From the NCBI GenBank assembly GCA_024693345.1, contig JAILLB010000049.1:1-53250 (forward strand): a stretch of 53,250 bases of DNA. The letters run 5' to 3'. The translations under genes were made by a program, and so were the position numbers. Of this stretch, positions 9,073-20,613 are shown piece after piece (positions within the stretch are counted from its first letter, which is position 1; each line of letters begins with the position of its first letter). The stretch is from Clostridiales bacterium (GTDB lineage Bacteria; Bacillota; Clostridia; Oscillospirales; CAG-272). The notes beneath the pieces were generated by a model. It had not been told where the DNA came from and made no database searches. It saw nothing but the letters and a program-made list of their open reading frames with translations.

Positions 9073-9917
9073 TTCTCCTTTTTGAAAACATATACCACTG
9101 TTCCGGTGAACGATTCAAACAATATAAGAGGCTTAAGCAGCTTCTTGAGTGGTAATTTTTTGTAATATTCCGGAGAATAACCGGATTTTTTCACAATATC
9201 CCTGGCCTTTTTGATTGACATATGGTTAATGTAACCAAGTCTATCCTTGCATCCTCCGGTTCGCAGATTGACTCTGTAACTTGCATCAGAGCATCCGCTT
9301 ACCAAAATTGAATAAGCTTCAATCAAATGTTTTTCTGAAAAAAACAGATGAACCCACGGAATATTGATTGCATCCGAGAGGTGTGCACCCCAAGGATGAT
9401 GATACGGCGGGAAGTTTATGTAAAGCCTTCCGCCTTCTCTGAGAACGCGCATTGACTCTTTTATAGCAGTAAGAGGATCGTTTACGTGTTCAAAAAAATC
9501 ATTCATGATAACTGAATCAAAACAGGAGTCCGGAAAGGGCATATCGCATGCACTTCCGAGAACGAATTTTGTTTTATCCGACACGGATTTTGACAATGCA
9601 TACTCCGATGCAGATGCCAAATCTTTGTCGTTTATATCCAGCCCTGTTACGCTTTTTGCACCATTTGATGCGTAAAAAACTGTTTTTCCGCCACCTCCAC
9701 AACCGCAGTCAAGAACATCTTTTCCTTGGAGAATGATTTCTTCGGTATATGCCTGAGAATATTTTCCGATTGTCTGGGGTCCTTTTTCAAATTCCCATTC
9801 AGAATATCCGAATTTGTTGTCTGAATTCATATTGAAGGGATGAGGAACCTTTGGAAATAGTTTGTTCAGGGCGATTATTAACCTGACGGATGGTGCGGGT
9901 TTGCCTGAGTTACTCAA
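9069..9917 (-). CDS. Class I SAM-dependent methyltransferase
   Basis: VLDCGCGGG motif I, GLD, FEHV. Confidence 0.88.
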   Translation of the reverse strand: MSNSGKPAPSVRLIIALNKLFPKVPHPFNMNSDNKFGYSEWEFEKGPQTIGKYSQAYTEEIILQGKDVLDCGCGGGGKTVFYASNGAKSVTGLDINDKDLASASEYALSKSVSDKTKFVLGSACDMPFPDSCFDSVIMNDFFEHVNDPLTAIKESMRVLREGGRLYINFPPYHHPWGAHLSDAINIPWVHLFFSEKHLIEAYSILVSGCSDASYRVNLRTGGCKDRLGYINHMSIKKARDIVKKSGYSPEYYKKLPLKKLLKPLILFESFTGTVVYVFKKEK

Positions 9918-10881
9918 TTTCTTGTTTTTTGGAATATGCGGCAGCGCCTATTATTCCTGCGTTGTTGGCCAACTGAGCCATTACGATTTTTGTTTTAAGA
10001 ACTTTGTCAGCTGAATAAACTTCTGATGCTACTGTTGGAATAACCATGTTGGCAATTATTTCACCTTCGTTTGACAGTCCTCCGCCAATGCAAAGGATTT
10101 CAGGCTGGAAAATGTTGATTATGTTTGCAATACCTGTAGCGAGGTGGTACATGTACTCCTCAATCACTTCTTTTGCGGGAACATCACCTGAATACATAGC
10201 CTGGAATGCTGTTTTTCCGCCAACATTATCCAGATTGTTTTCAATTATTTCATTCATTTTTGATTCAGGATGAGCTAAACATTTTTCCCTAGTTGCCTTT
10301 ATGAGTGCGGTGACTGAGCAATATGCTTCAAAACATCCGTGTCTTCCACATGTACAGGGCTTTCCACCTTCAATTATTACCATGTGTCCGAGTTCTGCTC
10401 CGCCTGACCAGCAACCGGTGAGAAGTTTGCCATCAACCACAACACCTGATCCAACACCGGTTCCAAGTGTTATTGTGATAGACGATTTTGCTCCCTTTGC
10501 TGCTCCGGCAACTGCTTCTCCGAAAGCTGCAAGGTTTGCATCGTTTCCTATCTTGATTTTGCTTGCCTCATATCCTGAGTATTCTGAAAAAGTGCCGACA
10601 AGATTAAAGTTTTCGATTTTGATGTTATTTGTGTATTCGATATATCCGGTTTTTTCATTGATTGTACCCGGAGCCGCAATACCAATGCTATCTAGATCAT
10701 TGATGTTCAAACCTTCTTCAGCACAAAGGCTTATGCAAAGGTCTGCCATGTCTTTAATGATCTCTTCCGGTTGTCTCCAGGCATTTGTCGGACAAGATTT
10801 TTTCTTTATTATTTTGTAGTTATCATCAACTATTCCTGCGGCGATTTTGGTACCGCCGAGATCAATTCCCAATGAATACAT
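9910..10881 (-). CDS. ROK family sugar kinase (glucokinase-like)
   Basis: GIDLGGT, NDAN, GTGVG, ELGH, CTCGRHGCFE. Confidence 0.93.
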   Translation of the reverse strand: MYSLGIDLGGTKIAAGIVDDNYKIIKKKSCPTNAWRQPEEIIKDMADLCISLCAEEGLNINDLDSIGIAAPGTINEKTGYIEYTNNIKIENFNLVGTFSEYSGYEASKIKIGNDANLAAFGEAVAGAAKGAKSSITITLGTGVGSGVVVDGKLLTGCWSGGAELGHMVIIEGGKPCTCGRHGCFEAYCSVTALIKATREKCLAHPESKMNEIIENNLDNVGGKTAFQAMYSGDVPAKEVIEEYMYHLATGIANIINIFQPEILCIGGGLSNEGEIIANMVIPTVASEVYSADKVLKTKIVMAQLANNAGIIGAAAYSKKQEIE

Positions 10882-10896
10882 AATTTGCCCCCCGAA

Positions 10897-12360
10897 TTAA
10901 GATTCTCTTACCGATGACCATGTTGAAGGTCTGAGCATGACTATGAAAGGATATATTTCAAGTCTGCCCAAAAGCATTGCAAAAACAAGTACTATTTTTG
11001 ACATCCAGGTCAGTGCGGCGTAGTTGCTTGCGGGACCAAATGCTCCGAGTCCCGGACCTATATTGTTGAAACATGCTGCGACGGCTGAGAACAGAGAAGC
11101 AATGTCTGCCCATCCGTCAAATATTGCCAAGAGCAGCACCATTACAGCAAAGAGGAAAATGTAGAGGATGAAGTACGCTGTAACGTAGTTAACAGTTTCC
11201 TTTTCAACGGTTCTTCCCTCAAATTTTACTGTATTTACTGAGCGTGGGTGAAGAGCTCTTGTTATGTCATTTTTGACGATTTTGTATAAGAGAATGAGTC
11301 TTGAGACCTTAAGTCCGCCACCGGTTGAACCCGCACATGCTCCCACAAACATCAAGCCCAGCAGAATTATCCTTGATAAAACGGGCCAAGTGTCATAATT
11401 TGCGGTGGTATAACCGGTAGTGGTTATGATTGAACCTACTTGGAAGAAAGAAGTTCTCAGAGTCTCTCCGAATGTCTCATATGTTCCCCAAATGTTTATG
11501 CAGATTACCGCAGTTGATGTGAGGATTATTCCAATATACCAAAGGAGTTCGTGGCTCTTGAAAGCCGTTCCTATTTTCCCGATTATTATCATGAAGAAGA
11601 TGTTGAAGTTTATTCCGAACAGAACCATGAACACACCGATTACCCACTGCAGGTAAGGCGTGTAACTTGCTATACTGTCTGCTCTAACTCCGAAACCGCC
11701 GGTTCCGGCAGTTCCGAACGTGTGGACAAGGCTTTCAAACAGGTTCATTCCTCCAAACAGTAGCATAACAACTTCAAGAATTGTCATGCCGATATATATG
11801 AGGTAGAGTATTTTTGCTGTTTCTCTTATTTTTGGCACTATCTTGCCTACTGACGGGCCAGGCATCTCAGCTCTCATAATGTGAATTGCATGGCCTGAGT
11901 TTGATGGAATGATGGCCATAATGAGTACGAGTACTCCCATGCCACCGATCCAGTGAGTAAAGCTTCTCCAGAACAGAAGTCCGTGGCTCATTCCTTCAAT
12001 TGCTTCTCCGCTTAGAATGGTTGCACCTGTCGTTGTAAAACCGCTGACTGTCTCAAAAACAGCATCCAGATAATTTGGAATCTCACCGCTTAGTAAAAAC
12101 GGAAGCGCTCCTATAAGAGACAAAAGAATCCAAGCAAAAGAAACGGTTATGAAGCCTTCCTTTGCATATATGGCTGAATTGACTTTTCTGAAACACAAAG
12201 TTAGAGGAAGACCGATTGCAACTGCTATTCCGATTGTTATCAGAAATGACAGAAAACAGGATTCTCCGTATATAATCGATACGACCATCGGAATCAACAT
12301 TAAAAACGCTTCCAGAAGCGTAATCTCACCGACAGTTCTGAATATCATTTTTTTGTTCAT
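10897..12360 (-). CDS. trkH: TrkH potassium uptake membrane subunit
   Basis: SGFTTTG, GTGGF, TTTGY, GSTGGG, NNIGPG pore loops. Confidence 0.95.
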   Translation of the reverse strand: MNKKMIFRTVGEITLLEAFLMLIPMVVSIIYGESCFLSFLITIGIAVAIGLPLTLCFRKVNSAIYAKEGFITVSFAWILLSLIGALPFLLSGEIPNYLDAVFETVSGFTTTGATILSGEAIEGMSHGLLFWRSFTHWIGGMGVLVLIMAIIPSNSGHAIHIMRAEMPGPSVGKIVPKIRETAKILYLIYIGMTILEVVMLLFGGMNLFESLVHTFGTAGTGGFGVRADSIASYTPYLQWVIGVFMVLFGINFNIFFMIIIGKIGTAFKSHELLWYIGIILTSTAVICINIWGTYETFGETLRTSFFQVGSIITTTGYTTANYDTWPVLSRIILLGLMFVGACAGSTGGGLKVSRLILLYKIVKNDITRALHPRSVNTVKFEGRTVEKETVNYVTAYFILYIFLFAVMVLLLAIFDGWADIASLFSAVAACFNNIGPGLGAFGPASNYAALTWMSKIVLVFAMLLGRLEIYPFIVMLRPSTWSSVRES

Positions 12361-12365
12361 CCGAC

Positions 12366-13724
12366 TTACCTCAGAATATCGTCAAGATTGTTGAGATGCA
12401 AATCTGTTGAGAATATGATTACTCTGTCTCCGGGAGAAATGATGTCATCACCGGTAGGTGTGATCGGCTGATTTCCCCTGATGATACCTGCTATAAGAAT
12501 CATCGGTTTGAGCTTCATGTACTTAAGAGGTATTCCGGTAACTTTTGCACCGCTTTGTACCTTAAATTCAAGTGCTTCACATTTGTCATCCATGAGTTTG
12601 TACAGGGTTTCAACATTGCTTCCCTTGGTGTTTTCTATGGCTCTTGCATATCTGACAATGAGATCCGCGACTATTTTCTTTGGGGTGATAATGGAGTCTA
12701 ATCCGAGTTTTTCAGCCATGACAAACAATTCGTCTTTGCTGACTTTTGTGATGACTTTCGGAACGCCTCTTGATGCGGCATAGTAAGATATGAGTATGTT
12801 TTCTTCGTCCATTCCTGTCAGAGAAATGAATGCGTCGGTTGATGCAATTCCTTCTTCATCCAACAGTTCCTGATGAGCACCGTCTCCATGGATAATTACG
12901 GATTTAGGCAATTCTTCGCTCAATTGATGACACACTTCGAGATTCTGTTCTATTATCTTGACTGAAACGCCACTGGCTTCAAGCATTTTTGCAAGGTAGA
13001 TTGCGGTTTTGCTTCCGCCCAGTATCATTACGGATTTTATTCTCTTTTGAATATAACCGATTTCTGTAAGGAATTCTTGAATATTGGCAGGAGTTGCCGC
13101 AATTCCTATTTTGTCTCCGGAATTGAGCAAAAAATTACCATCAGGAATGGTAACCTCATCGTTTCTCTGAACGCTGCATATCAGGCATTTGGTTTTGAAT
13201 TTTGCTCTCATCTCTTTAAGTGAGAGACCATGGAGCATTGAATTCTGTCTGAGAGTTATCTCGACAATTTCAAAGGCCCTTCTTGAAAATGACTCTATTT
13301 TTGCAGCTGCCGGAAATTTGATGATGTTGGATATTTCGTGTGCTGCGAGATATTCAGGATTTATTGAGCTGGAAAGATCGAGCTGCTGTCTTACGAATTC
13401 AAGTGAACTCTGGTTGTATTCTATGTTTCTTATACGTGCAATTGTATGCTTGGATCCGAGTTTTTTGGCAAGAAAACATGTGAGCATGTTCAGCTCGTCC
13501 GATTGTGTCGTAGCCACAAACAGATCTGCCTTGTCTGCTCCTGCTTCCATGAGTATACCGCTGTCAACACTGTTGCCGAAAACACCTATGACATCGTATA
13601 CGTCAGTTACTTCTGCAAGTATTTTTCTGTTGTTGTCGATAACGGTTACATCGTGACCTTCAGTAACTAAACTGGATACCACAGATGTTCCAACTTTTCC
13701 GCATCCTGCAATAGTAATGTTCAT
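12366..13724 (-). CDS. trkA: TrkA potassium uptake RCK subunit
   Basis: GCGKVG and ILGGS Rossmann motifs; two RCK pairs. Confidence 0.95.
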   Translation of the reverse strand: MNITIAGCGKVGTSVVSSLVTEGHDVTVIDNNRKILAEVTDVYDVIGVFGNSVDSGILMEAGADKADLFVATTQSDELNMLTCFLAKKLGSKHTIARIRNIEYNQSSLEFVRQQLDLSSSINPEYLAAHEISNIIKFPAAAKIESFSRRAFEIVEITLRQNSMLHGLSLKEMRAKFKTKCLICSVQRNDEVTIPDGNFLLNSGDKIGIAATPANIQEFLTEIGYIQKRIKSVMILGGSKTAIYLAKMLEASGVSVKIIEQNLEVCHQLSEELPKSVIIHGDGAHQELLDEEGIASTDAFISLTGMDEENILISYYAASRGVPKVITKVSKDELFVMAEKLGLDSIITPKKIVADLIVRYARAIENTKGSNVETLYKLMDDKCEALEFKVQSGAKVTGIPLKYMKLKPMILIAGIIRGNQPITPTGDDIISPGDRVIIFSTDLHLNNLDDILR

Positions 13725-13960
13725 ATAATCCCTCAATCAGAAATGGCTGAAAATAGTAGCTCATTTCTAAACAAATATTTTACCATATATATAGGTGAAC
13801 TTCAACAATAATCGGCTCAAAAATTCATGTCATAAGGTATTTGAACGCACGCATATGTGCACAATCTCGTTGCCTTTGTATCACAAAAGTGGTATCCTTA
13901 AACCAGGATTAATGTACAAATCGTACATGAGTACAACAAAAACGAAAAGGGAGAAAAAAC

Positions 13961-14692
13961 ATGCTTGAAATTAGGGGATTAAGCAAAACATATCCCGGTG
14001 GCAAAAAGGCCGTAGACAATCTTTCGCTGAGTATTGAATCGGGTGAGATCTGCGGATTCATCGGGAGAAACGGAGCAGGAAAGACTACGACCATAAAAGC
14101 CGTATGCGGAATACTGGATTTTGAAGAAGGAACAATTGAAATTGATGGAAAAAACATCAAAACTTCGCCGGTTGAAGCAAAGGCTGTCATGGCATATATA
14201 CCGGATAACCCGGAACCATATGGATTTATGACCGCAATCAAGTATCTCACGTTTATAGGGGATATATACAAGGTGCCTAGAGATGTTCAAAAAGAGAGAA
14301 TTGAAAAATATGCTGAGATGTTTGAACTCAAAGCTGTACTTGGAAACAATGTTTCTTCATTCTCACATGGAATGAAACAGAAACTGGCGGTGATTTCTGC
14401 TTTGATTCATAGACCAAAGTTGCTCATTCTTGATGAACCGTTTGTCGGGCTGGATCCGATTGCCACTCACCAATTAAGACAGATTTTCAAAGAAATGTGC
14501 GAAGAAGGAACTGCAATATTCTTCTCGACACACGTACTTGAAGTTGCACAGAAAATATGTGATAAGATAGCCATAATTAAAGATGGTGTGCTCGTGGCGA
14601 GTGGAGAAACAGAAGAGATTACCAAAAATGAATCACTCGAAGATGTATTCCTTGAATTGAATGATAGGACAGAGGAAACGGAAAATGAGTAA
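13961..14692 (+). CDS. ABC-2 type transporter ATP-binding protein
   Basis: GRNGAGKT, FSHGMKQ, LILDEP. Confidence 0.95.
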   Translation: MLEIRGLSKTYPGGKKAVDNLSLSIESGEICGFIGRNGAGKTTTIKAVCGILDFEEGTIEIDGKNIKTSPVEAKAVMAYIPDNPEPYGFMTAIKYLTFIGDIYKVPRDVQKERIEKYAEMFELKAVLGNNVSSFSHGMKQKLAVISALIHRPKLLILDEPFVGLDPIATHQLRQIFKEMCEEGTAIFFSTHVLEVAQKICDKIAIIKDGVLVASGETEEITKNESLEDVFLELNDRTEETENE

Positions 14693-16235
14693 TTTTGGAA
14701 ATGTCTTTAAAGTCCAGTTTTTATCTGGAATCAAGAGCAGTTCTTTAGGTGTAAGTGCAAGCGGAAAGCCAAAAAAAAGCATAGGCACTGTTGTGGTATT
14801 CGCAATAATGGGCTTATATATTGCAGCCATAAGCACATTTCTTGTTTTAACATCACCTGCTGACACACCTGTCGGAGAATATTTGACCACTTTTGCTACA
14901 ATGACGACATTTTTGACGTTATTAACAGCCATTAGTGAAACAAAAAGATCTATTTTCGATGCCAAAGATTTCGAACTGCTTTCGGCTCTGCCTTTGAAAT
15001 CCATCACGGTTGTGTCCGGAAAAATCATGGCCATTTATGCAAGTGAACTGATTTATTCAGCAATGTGCTTTGTCGTGCCGGCAATTATTGCGTCCATAAT
15101 CAGAGGGGCAACCGCAATGCTTTGGGTATCCACAATTCTAGGTGCTTTGCTGATGCCTGCTGTTCCTATGGCAGTTGGATCAATTATTGGGTTTTTGTTC
15201 AGTTTACTGGCATCAAAGTTCAAATATGCAAAAATACTGGAAACCATATTGTATCTCGCGTTCTTCGTAGGGATTTATTTCTTCTCATACAACATGTTCT
15301 ACAACATGGGCGGAGATCAGATAAACAACACGTTGACATCAATCGGGAAACTCTATCCGTTATCAGTATTCCTATCAAAAGGAGCATCAGGCGACATTGT
15401 GTCACTCCTGATTTTCCTCGGTATTTCCGTTGGCGTAATGGCAATTTGCTTTGTTGTTTTGTCAGTATTCTACAGAAAAGGCAGAGGCCTTCTCGAACAA
15501 AAACAGTTTTCCGGAAAGTATTCGTACAAGTCGGGAAGAAGCGGCGGGTCAGTAAAAATTCTTCTTAAGAAAGAAATGGCATCAATGTTTGCCAATCCAG
15601 GCGTATCCATTAACCTGTTCATGGGCCTTGTTCTTCCATTTGTGTTCCCGTTCGTTTTGCGTCAAATGGGTGAAGCCATACTGGCAATGTCAGTATTCGT
15701 TTACTCAATGGTTTCTATGACAACTTACGCATTTTCTCTTGAAGGACAAAGAATTGGAACACTTAAGAGTTTCCCGGTTTCTTTCAAAGATATTTGCAGA
15801 GCAAAGATGGCAAACCAGATGATATTTACCATGGTATCCGCCGTATTGTTCTGTATACTTGTTGTCTTCAACAACGGAGTCAGCTGGATTAAGATTCCAT
15901 TCTGTATGGTTGCAATCATTTTCCAGTCTTTGTTCAACTCAACAATGGGCATACTGAGAGATGTAAAGAAACCAAAGCTCAACTGGACAAACGAAGTACA
16001 GGCTGTTAAGCAGAATACGGGAATGCTCGTAATCATGTTGTTCTCAATGCCTGTGGCATTCGGATGTTTTATTGCAGACATTGTACTCACAGTTGATCAA
16101 GTTGTTATGCAAGCACATTGGATATTCAAGGTTATTCCTTACATCTGTACTGCATTCATTTACATGGTAATGTGGATAATTGTGAAGGTAAGATTGAACA
16201 AAAAAGGCGAAGATTATTTCGCAAGGATATCGTAA
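14685..16235 (+). CDS. ABC-2 type permease
   Basis: Many TM helices, DFELLSALP, SLEG motif; overlaps the ATPase stop. Confidence 0.8.
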   Translation: MSNFGNVFKVQFLSGIKSSSLGVSASGKPKKSIGTVVVFAIMGLYIAAISTFLVLTSPADTPVGEYLTTFATMTTFLTLLTAISETKRSIFDAKDFELLSALPLKSITVVSGKIMAIYASELIYSAMCFVVPAIIASIIRGATAMLWVSTILGALLMPAVPMAVGSIIGFLFSLLASKFKYAKILETILYLAFFVGIYFFSYNMFYNMGGDQINNTLTSIGKLYPLSVFLSKGASGDIVSLLIFLGISVGVMAICFVVLSVFYRKGRGLLEQKQFSGKYSYKSGRSGGSVKILLKKEMASMFANPGVSINLFMGLVLPFVFPFVLRQMGEAILAMSVFVYSMVSMTTYAFSLEGQRIGTLKSFPVSFKDICRAKMANQMIFTMVSAVLFCILVVFNNGVSWIKIPFCMVAIIFQSLFNSTMGILRDVKKPKLNWTNEVQAVKQNTGMLVIMLFSMPVAFGCFIADIVLTVDQVVMQAHWIFKVIPYICTAFIYMVMWIIVKVRLNKKGEDYFARIS

Positions 16236-16318
16236 ATTTAAAATATATCTTGACTAAATATCAATGCTGTGATAAATTACGATTTGGTAATTTCTAAGTT
16301 CAAACTCAGAAAAATTAA

Positions 16319-17653
<1,335 letters not shown>

Positions 17654-17670
17654 TTTCACAGAGTTAACAT

Positions 17671-17706
17671 ATGTCCGTTGCGTTCTTGCAACGGACATTT
17701 TTTTTT
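17671..17706 (+). terminator. Intrinsic terminator after eno
   Basis: ATGTCCGTTGC...GCAACGGACAT followed by a T-run. Confidence 0.85.
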
Positions 17707-17739
17707 GATATAATCTCGTGCTGAAAGCGAGAATTACAA

Positions 17740-18585
17740 ATGGAAAATATAAAAATCAAAGCACCGGCAAAGGTAAATTTTTATCTGGCGGTTGGCGGAA
17801 AAATGGATAATGGCTATCATGAAATCAAGACCATTATGCAGTCGATATCTTTATATGACAATGTATCTGTAACAAAGACCGATTTCGGAATCGAAGTAAA
17901 AAGTATCCAGGGTGTTGAACAACAAGATTTAATTGAATACAAAGCAGCCAAAGCCTTTTTCGATTTTTCCGGAATTGACGGTGGTGTATCCATAGTAACA
18001 GAGAAGAGTATTCCATCAGGAGCAGGCCTCGGAGGAGGATCAACTGACGGAGCTGCAGTTCTGATTGCAATGAACTCTCTTTTTGAAACAATGCTTGACA
18101 GAGATACGTTGTGCAAGATTGGCGCAACAGTCGGGGCAGATGTGCCCGCATGTGTCAAGAAGGGAACAGTGGCTGCTGAAGGAATCGGAGATCAGTTTAA
18201 AGACTGCGCACCGATTGTGGATTGCTTTATTGTCGTTGCAAAAAAAGCTGATTATTCGATTTCCACAAAAGAAGCATATGAAAAACTGGATTCCATCGAT
18301 AAAGAACCTGCTGATCTGGACAGTGTTATTAATACAATTTCTTTCTGCGACATTGATTTACTTAAGACAATTGCCAGAAATGATTTTGAACTGTTGTATG
18401 AGGATAATCAGGACATCAGTGAGATGAAAAAACGATTGAATGCGAACGGAGCAGTGTTCTCCATGCTGACCGGAAGTGGCTCGGCTGTTTTCGGAGTATT
18501 TAAAACAGTTAAACAAGCAAAAGCTGCTGCAGCTTCTCTTGAGGACGTTGCTGACACATACGTTTGCACATTATTCAGAAGATAA
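17740..18585 (+). CDS. ispE: 4-diphosphocytidyl-2-C-methyl-D-erythritol kinase
   Basis: APAKVN, GYHEI, PSGAGLGGGS, GADVP, LTGSGS. Confidence 0.95.
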   Translation: MENIKIKAPAKVNFYLAVGGKMDNGYHEIKTIMQSISLYDNVSVTKTDFGIEVKSIQGVEQQDLIEYKAAKAFFDFSGIDGGVSIVTEKSIPSGAGLGGGSTDGAAVLIAMNSLFETMLDRDTLCKIGATVGADVPACVKKGTVAAEGIGDQFKDCAPIVDCFIVVAKKADYSISTKEAYEKLDSIDKEPADLDSVINTISFCDIDLLKTIARNDFELLYEDNQDISEMKKRLNANGAVFSMLTGSGSAVFGVFKTVKQAKAAAASLEDVADTYVCTLFRR

Positions 18586-18588
18586 CAA

Positions 18589-18898
18589 AAAAGGGGCTGT
18601 TAAGAAACTAAATTTCTTAACAGTCTTTTGCTATGTATAAGAGGCTAAAAACCAGAAATAATTATATATAGATGAATTGAATTTGTTATTATTTCGATCC
18701 AAAATGAAAGATTTATATTGCTTCCTACGACACTTAGTAGGAGGAAAGCATATTGAACGATTTAGTTTCTTAACAACATAGTTGTTAAAGGTTGCAAAAA
18801 ATGTGTTTTTTCGCTGATTTTTATACACAAAACGCAAAAACAGGAGCTGAAAAGAAAACTTAGTTTGATATGTACCCAGTTTCTTAACAGCCCCTTTT
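18589..18898. mobile_element. MITE / internally deleted IS (IS1182-like ends)
   Basis: Perfect 21-bp terminal inverted repeat AAAAGGGGCTGTTAAGAAACT (18589-18609) / AGTTTCTTAACAGCCCCTTTT (18878-18898); no transposase ORF; family assignment is from recall only. Confidence 0.75.
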
Positions 18899-19112
18899 AA
18901 TTTTGTTTTTGAACGCTTTTGTATTCATCGTAGAATCTGTAATATGGACAGTCGCGCATAAGTCCTTTTGAAATCTGTTCGTATTCATCCTGATCCAAGC
19001 TTATATCGCACACATATTCCTGATATTCTTCATCGAAAACATAGAACTCGCACGTGTCACAACTCTTTGCCATCTTTTTCTTGATGGTTTTCTTTTCTTT
19101 TTTCTCTTCCAT
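18897..19112 (-). CDS. Small Cys-rich protein (DUF6472-like)
   Basis: CDTCEFYVFDEE...CDISLDQDE...CPYY...DEY pattern. Confidence 0.75.
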   Translation of the reverse strand: MEEKKEKKTIKKKMAKSCDTCEFYVFDEEYQEYVCDISLDQDEYEQISKGLMRDCPYYRFYDEYKSVQKQN

Positions 19113-19262
19113 TGATGACTCCTGCTTCCATATGATATATACGTTCCAATATTACAATTACTACGCGCAATTTGCAAGATTGTTGTTTCATTTCTGCCTG
19201 AAATGTTGAGAAAAAACATCAGTTGTGATAGACTTAACGAAGAACAAACGGAAGGTGAAAAT

Positions 19263-20573
19263 ATGCAGAAATTTGACGATAAAAATATTGTGTTCTCATT
19301 TGCTGTCATGACAGACGTACACATGTGCGATTCAATGGGATTTGATTCCAGATACAAGCTGAAAAATGCCATTGATTACACAAACGAGATATCTGCTCGG
19401 GATGGAAGAAAACTTGATGCATACTGCTTTGTTGGCGACACTCTTGACAGAGGACTTGACTACCAGGCAAAAATGTTCGGCGAAGTAATGCTCGATAATA
19501 TAAAAGACAATCAGAAGATTTTTTATTGTATGGGCAACCATGAAAGACTGAATCACGACGAGAAAGCAGCAATTCTTTCTATAAGAAAATACCTCGGAGA
19601 AAAATACTACGAATATGACGAAGAGGGCGAAGAAGAATTCCTGAAAGGATTCAGAATTACTCACATGGGCGGACATTTGTTCTTTGCAATCCAGTCTGAT
19701 GACTATGATGCTCCCATCAAATTCAATGATGATACACTTGATTACATAGATAAAAAGCTCTCCGAAGAATGCAAAAAGAATCCGGATAAATACATATTTA
19801 TGTTCAACCACAGCATGTGCTATGGTACATGTTACGGAAGCGATTTGGACGGACCTGACAGTCTGTGGAACAACACTCAGCTGGAACGGGTACTGAAGAA
19901 ATATCCCAATGTCGTTATCTTCGGAGGACATCTGCACTTCCCGTTAAACGATGAGAGAACAATCATGCAGACGGATTTCACCTCTATCGGTGCCGGATGT
20001 GTGACATATATGGCATGTGAAAATGGAAATTACGAATTCATGAGCGGGAGAACAACGATGAGGGATATGTTGCTGTTCTCTCAGAATCTTCTTTGTGAAC
20101 TGGACTCAGAAGGCAATCTGAAAATCAGAAGACTTGACTGTTTCAACAAGTGGGAAATAAAAGAGCCATGGATTCTAGAATCACCGAAACAGAACAGAGA
20201 ACATCTCGAAAAATACACATTCGACAGGGGAAACGACGATAATAACAAAGCTCCTTCCATGAAAGGATGCTCCGGAACAATAAACGAAGAATCAGATTAC
20301 GGAAAAGTGATTATGAGAGTTACCTTTGAATCCGGAACAGATGATGATTTGATTCATCACTACGAACTCGACAGCTACGAAAATGGTGAATTCGTAAAAC
20401 AGAGAAGAGTTCTTTCAGATTTCTATAAGCACAGAGTTCCTTCGGATATGAGAAAGAGTTACACTTTCAGATTTGCAGATAAAGAAGAAGGAAAGAGATA
20501 CGGATTCAAAATAAGAGCCGTGGATTCCTGGGGCAAAAAGAGCGAAGAAATTGTCGTCGGAGATATAGATTGA
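19263..20573 (+). CDS. Calcineurin-like metallophosphoesterase with FN3-like C-terminus
   Basis: DVH, GD, GNHE, H, GHLH motifs; C-terminal IRAVDSWG. Confidence 0.88.
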   Translation: MQKFDDKNIVFSFAVMTDVHMCDSMGFDSRYKLKNAIDYTNEISARDGRKLDAYCFVGDTLDRGLDYQAKMFGEVMLDNIKDNQKIFYCMGNHERLNHDEKAAILSIRKYLGEKYYEYDEEGEEEFLKGFRITHMGGHLFFAIQSDDYDAPIKFNDDTLDYIDKKLSEECKKNPDKYIFMFNHSMCYGTCYGSDLDGPDSLWNNTQLERVLKKYPNVVIFGGHLHFPLNDERTIMQTDFTSIGAGCVTYMACENGNYEFMSGRTTMRDMLLFSQNLLCELDSEGNLKIRRLDCFNKWEIKEPWILESPKQNREHLEKYTFDRGNDDNNKAPSMKGCSGTINEESDYGKVIMRVTFESGTDDDLIHHYELDSYENGEFVKQRRVLSDFYKHRVPSDMRKSYTFRFADKEEGKRYGFKIRAVDSWGKKSEEIVVGDID

Positions 20574-20576
20574 CAA

Positions 20577-20609
20577 ATATGGCCATGACGGAAAAAGTCA
20601 TGGCCATAT
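20577..20609. terminator. Hairpin between convergent genes
   Basis: ATATGGCCATGAC/GTCATGGCCATAT 13-bp stem. Confidence 0.7.
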
Positions 20610-20613
20610 AAAA

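Noticed and set aside
13725-13810. c-di-AMP riboswitch upstream of trkA
   Set aside because: A promoter (TTGAAG-17-TAAAAT) lies only about 55 nt from the start, leaving room for just a small hairpin.
18631-18837. 68-aa ORF inside the MITE
   Set aside because: AT-rich, no RBS or transposase motif; probably spurious.
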